Positions 63,282 to 64,000 of a stretch of DNA of 64,000 bases are shown one piece after another. The position numbers and the translations under genes are program-made. The stretch is from Takakia lepidozioides (Eukaryota; Plantae; Bryophyta). Position 1 is the first letter of the stretch; each line of letters begins with the position of its first letter. A model generated the notes under the pieces. It did no database searches, had not been told where the DNA came from, and saw only the letters and a list, made by a program, of their open reading frames with translations. The stretch lies in the NCBI GenBank assembly GCA_030704615.1, contig CM060733.1, positions 59,396,001 through 59,460,000 on the forward strand, read 5' to 3'.

Positions 63282-64000
63282 CTTTTGCCCTGGAAACTCC
63301 CCCTTCGACAGAGGCAATGTATTAACACATGTCCATATTTTGTTGATTTGGAACCCAGAGGACTTCATGTAGCTATGAAGAATCCGGCGGGATGCCATGT
63401 CGTCAGATTGAAATATCAGAAGCCCCCCTGAGTCAGAGAGGAACTTGTTGCAGAAAGAGAATGCCCACTGCCAATACAGAGGGTTTTGAGCATTCCACTG
63501 TGGAGTCACAGCAGGGGGAATGATATCAAGCACAGGCTGCCCATCCGGGATGTCAAGGATTACAAGGTCAGCGGCGTAAGGCTGCTGGACACCGTTCACC
63601 CAACATGGATTCTTCGTCACCTGCCAAAAGCAAATGCAAGCGAATGAAATTGGGTAGTTGGTATACATTTAGGATACTGGTAGTACAAAACACTAGTGGA
63701 TTAAGATGTCGTTGACGACATCTTAATCCAGCAAATCCAAAACCCCACAATGTCATGAAATGGGAATCAAAGTTGAAAGATGCATGGGCATTACCAGGGT
63801 GAGGAAAGAGCAGAGGTGGTCCCATGCAGGAGATTTGACCCCTGTGAATGTGGACTTCCTGGACTCCATCATACGCAGGAAGCTGACGTTTGCCATTTTC
63901 CGCTGGAACTGCGGACCCACTACTCTGGAGACACAAAGTTGGGCTTCGTAAGGTCGTTTCCCTGCCCTGTGGTTAGTCCTTTCATCAGCTGTCACGGAAA
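63282..64000 (-). CDS. Paralog of the methyltransferase-like gene (exons 63795->64000 and 63282-63620), partial
   Basis: YAADLVILDIPDGQ...FCNKFLSDSG...KSSGF...CVN...FPGQ. The 339-nt exon has the same length and phase as 15655-15993, and the upstream exon MMESRK..TGV.SP.WD...SFL.L is also homologous. Confidence 0.75.

Overview
Eukaryotic, land-plant-like genomic DNA (spliced genes, P- and PLS-class PPR genes, plant TE families), mostly nested and decayed transposons around two tandem P-class PPR genes (27.9-33.2 kb) and an XS-like/coiled-coil/RING gene (43.7-48.0 kb). Three structures stand out. (1) A Mutator-like transposase with a GCM/WRKY-type zinc domain (8.1-10.1 kb, minus strand) sits head-to-head with a multi-exon gene combining a ParB/Srx-like domain and a prokaryote-style beta-class N6A/N4C DNA-methyltransferase fold. 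Its introns carry arrays of a covarying palindrome GAATGNCG-N4-CGNCATTC, and a diverged paralog at 63.3-64 kb has the same exon boundaries and the same palindrome core. (2) PHD-finger Ty3/gypsy elements have split, permuted termini (B...A-B-A) with an internal GACA-NN-TGTC junction, a conserved LTR hairpin and a self-complementary primer site. (3) A tRNA-bearing TRIM is fused tail-to-tail to a copia element inside one 5-bp TSD. Also present: CACTA, LINE and piggyBac-like fragments, an Elongin C pseudo-exon and a fungal-like PD-(D/E)XK nuclease remnant. All domain calls come from motif recognition by eye; no database searches were run.
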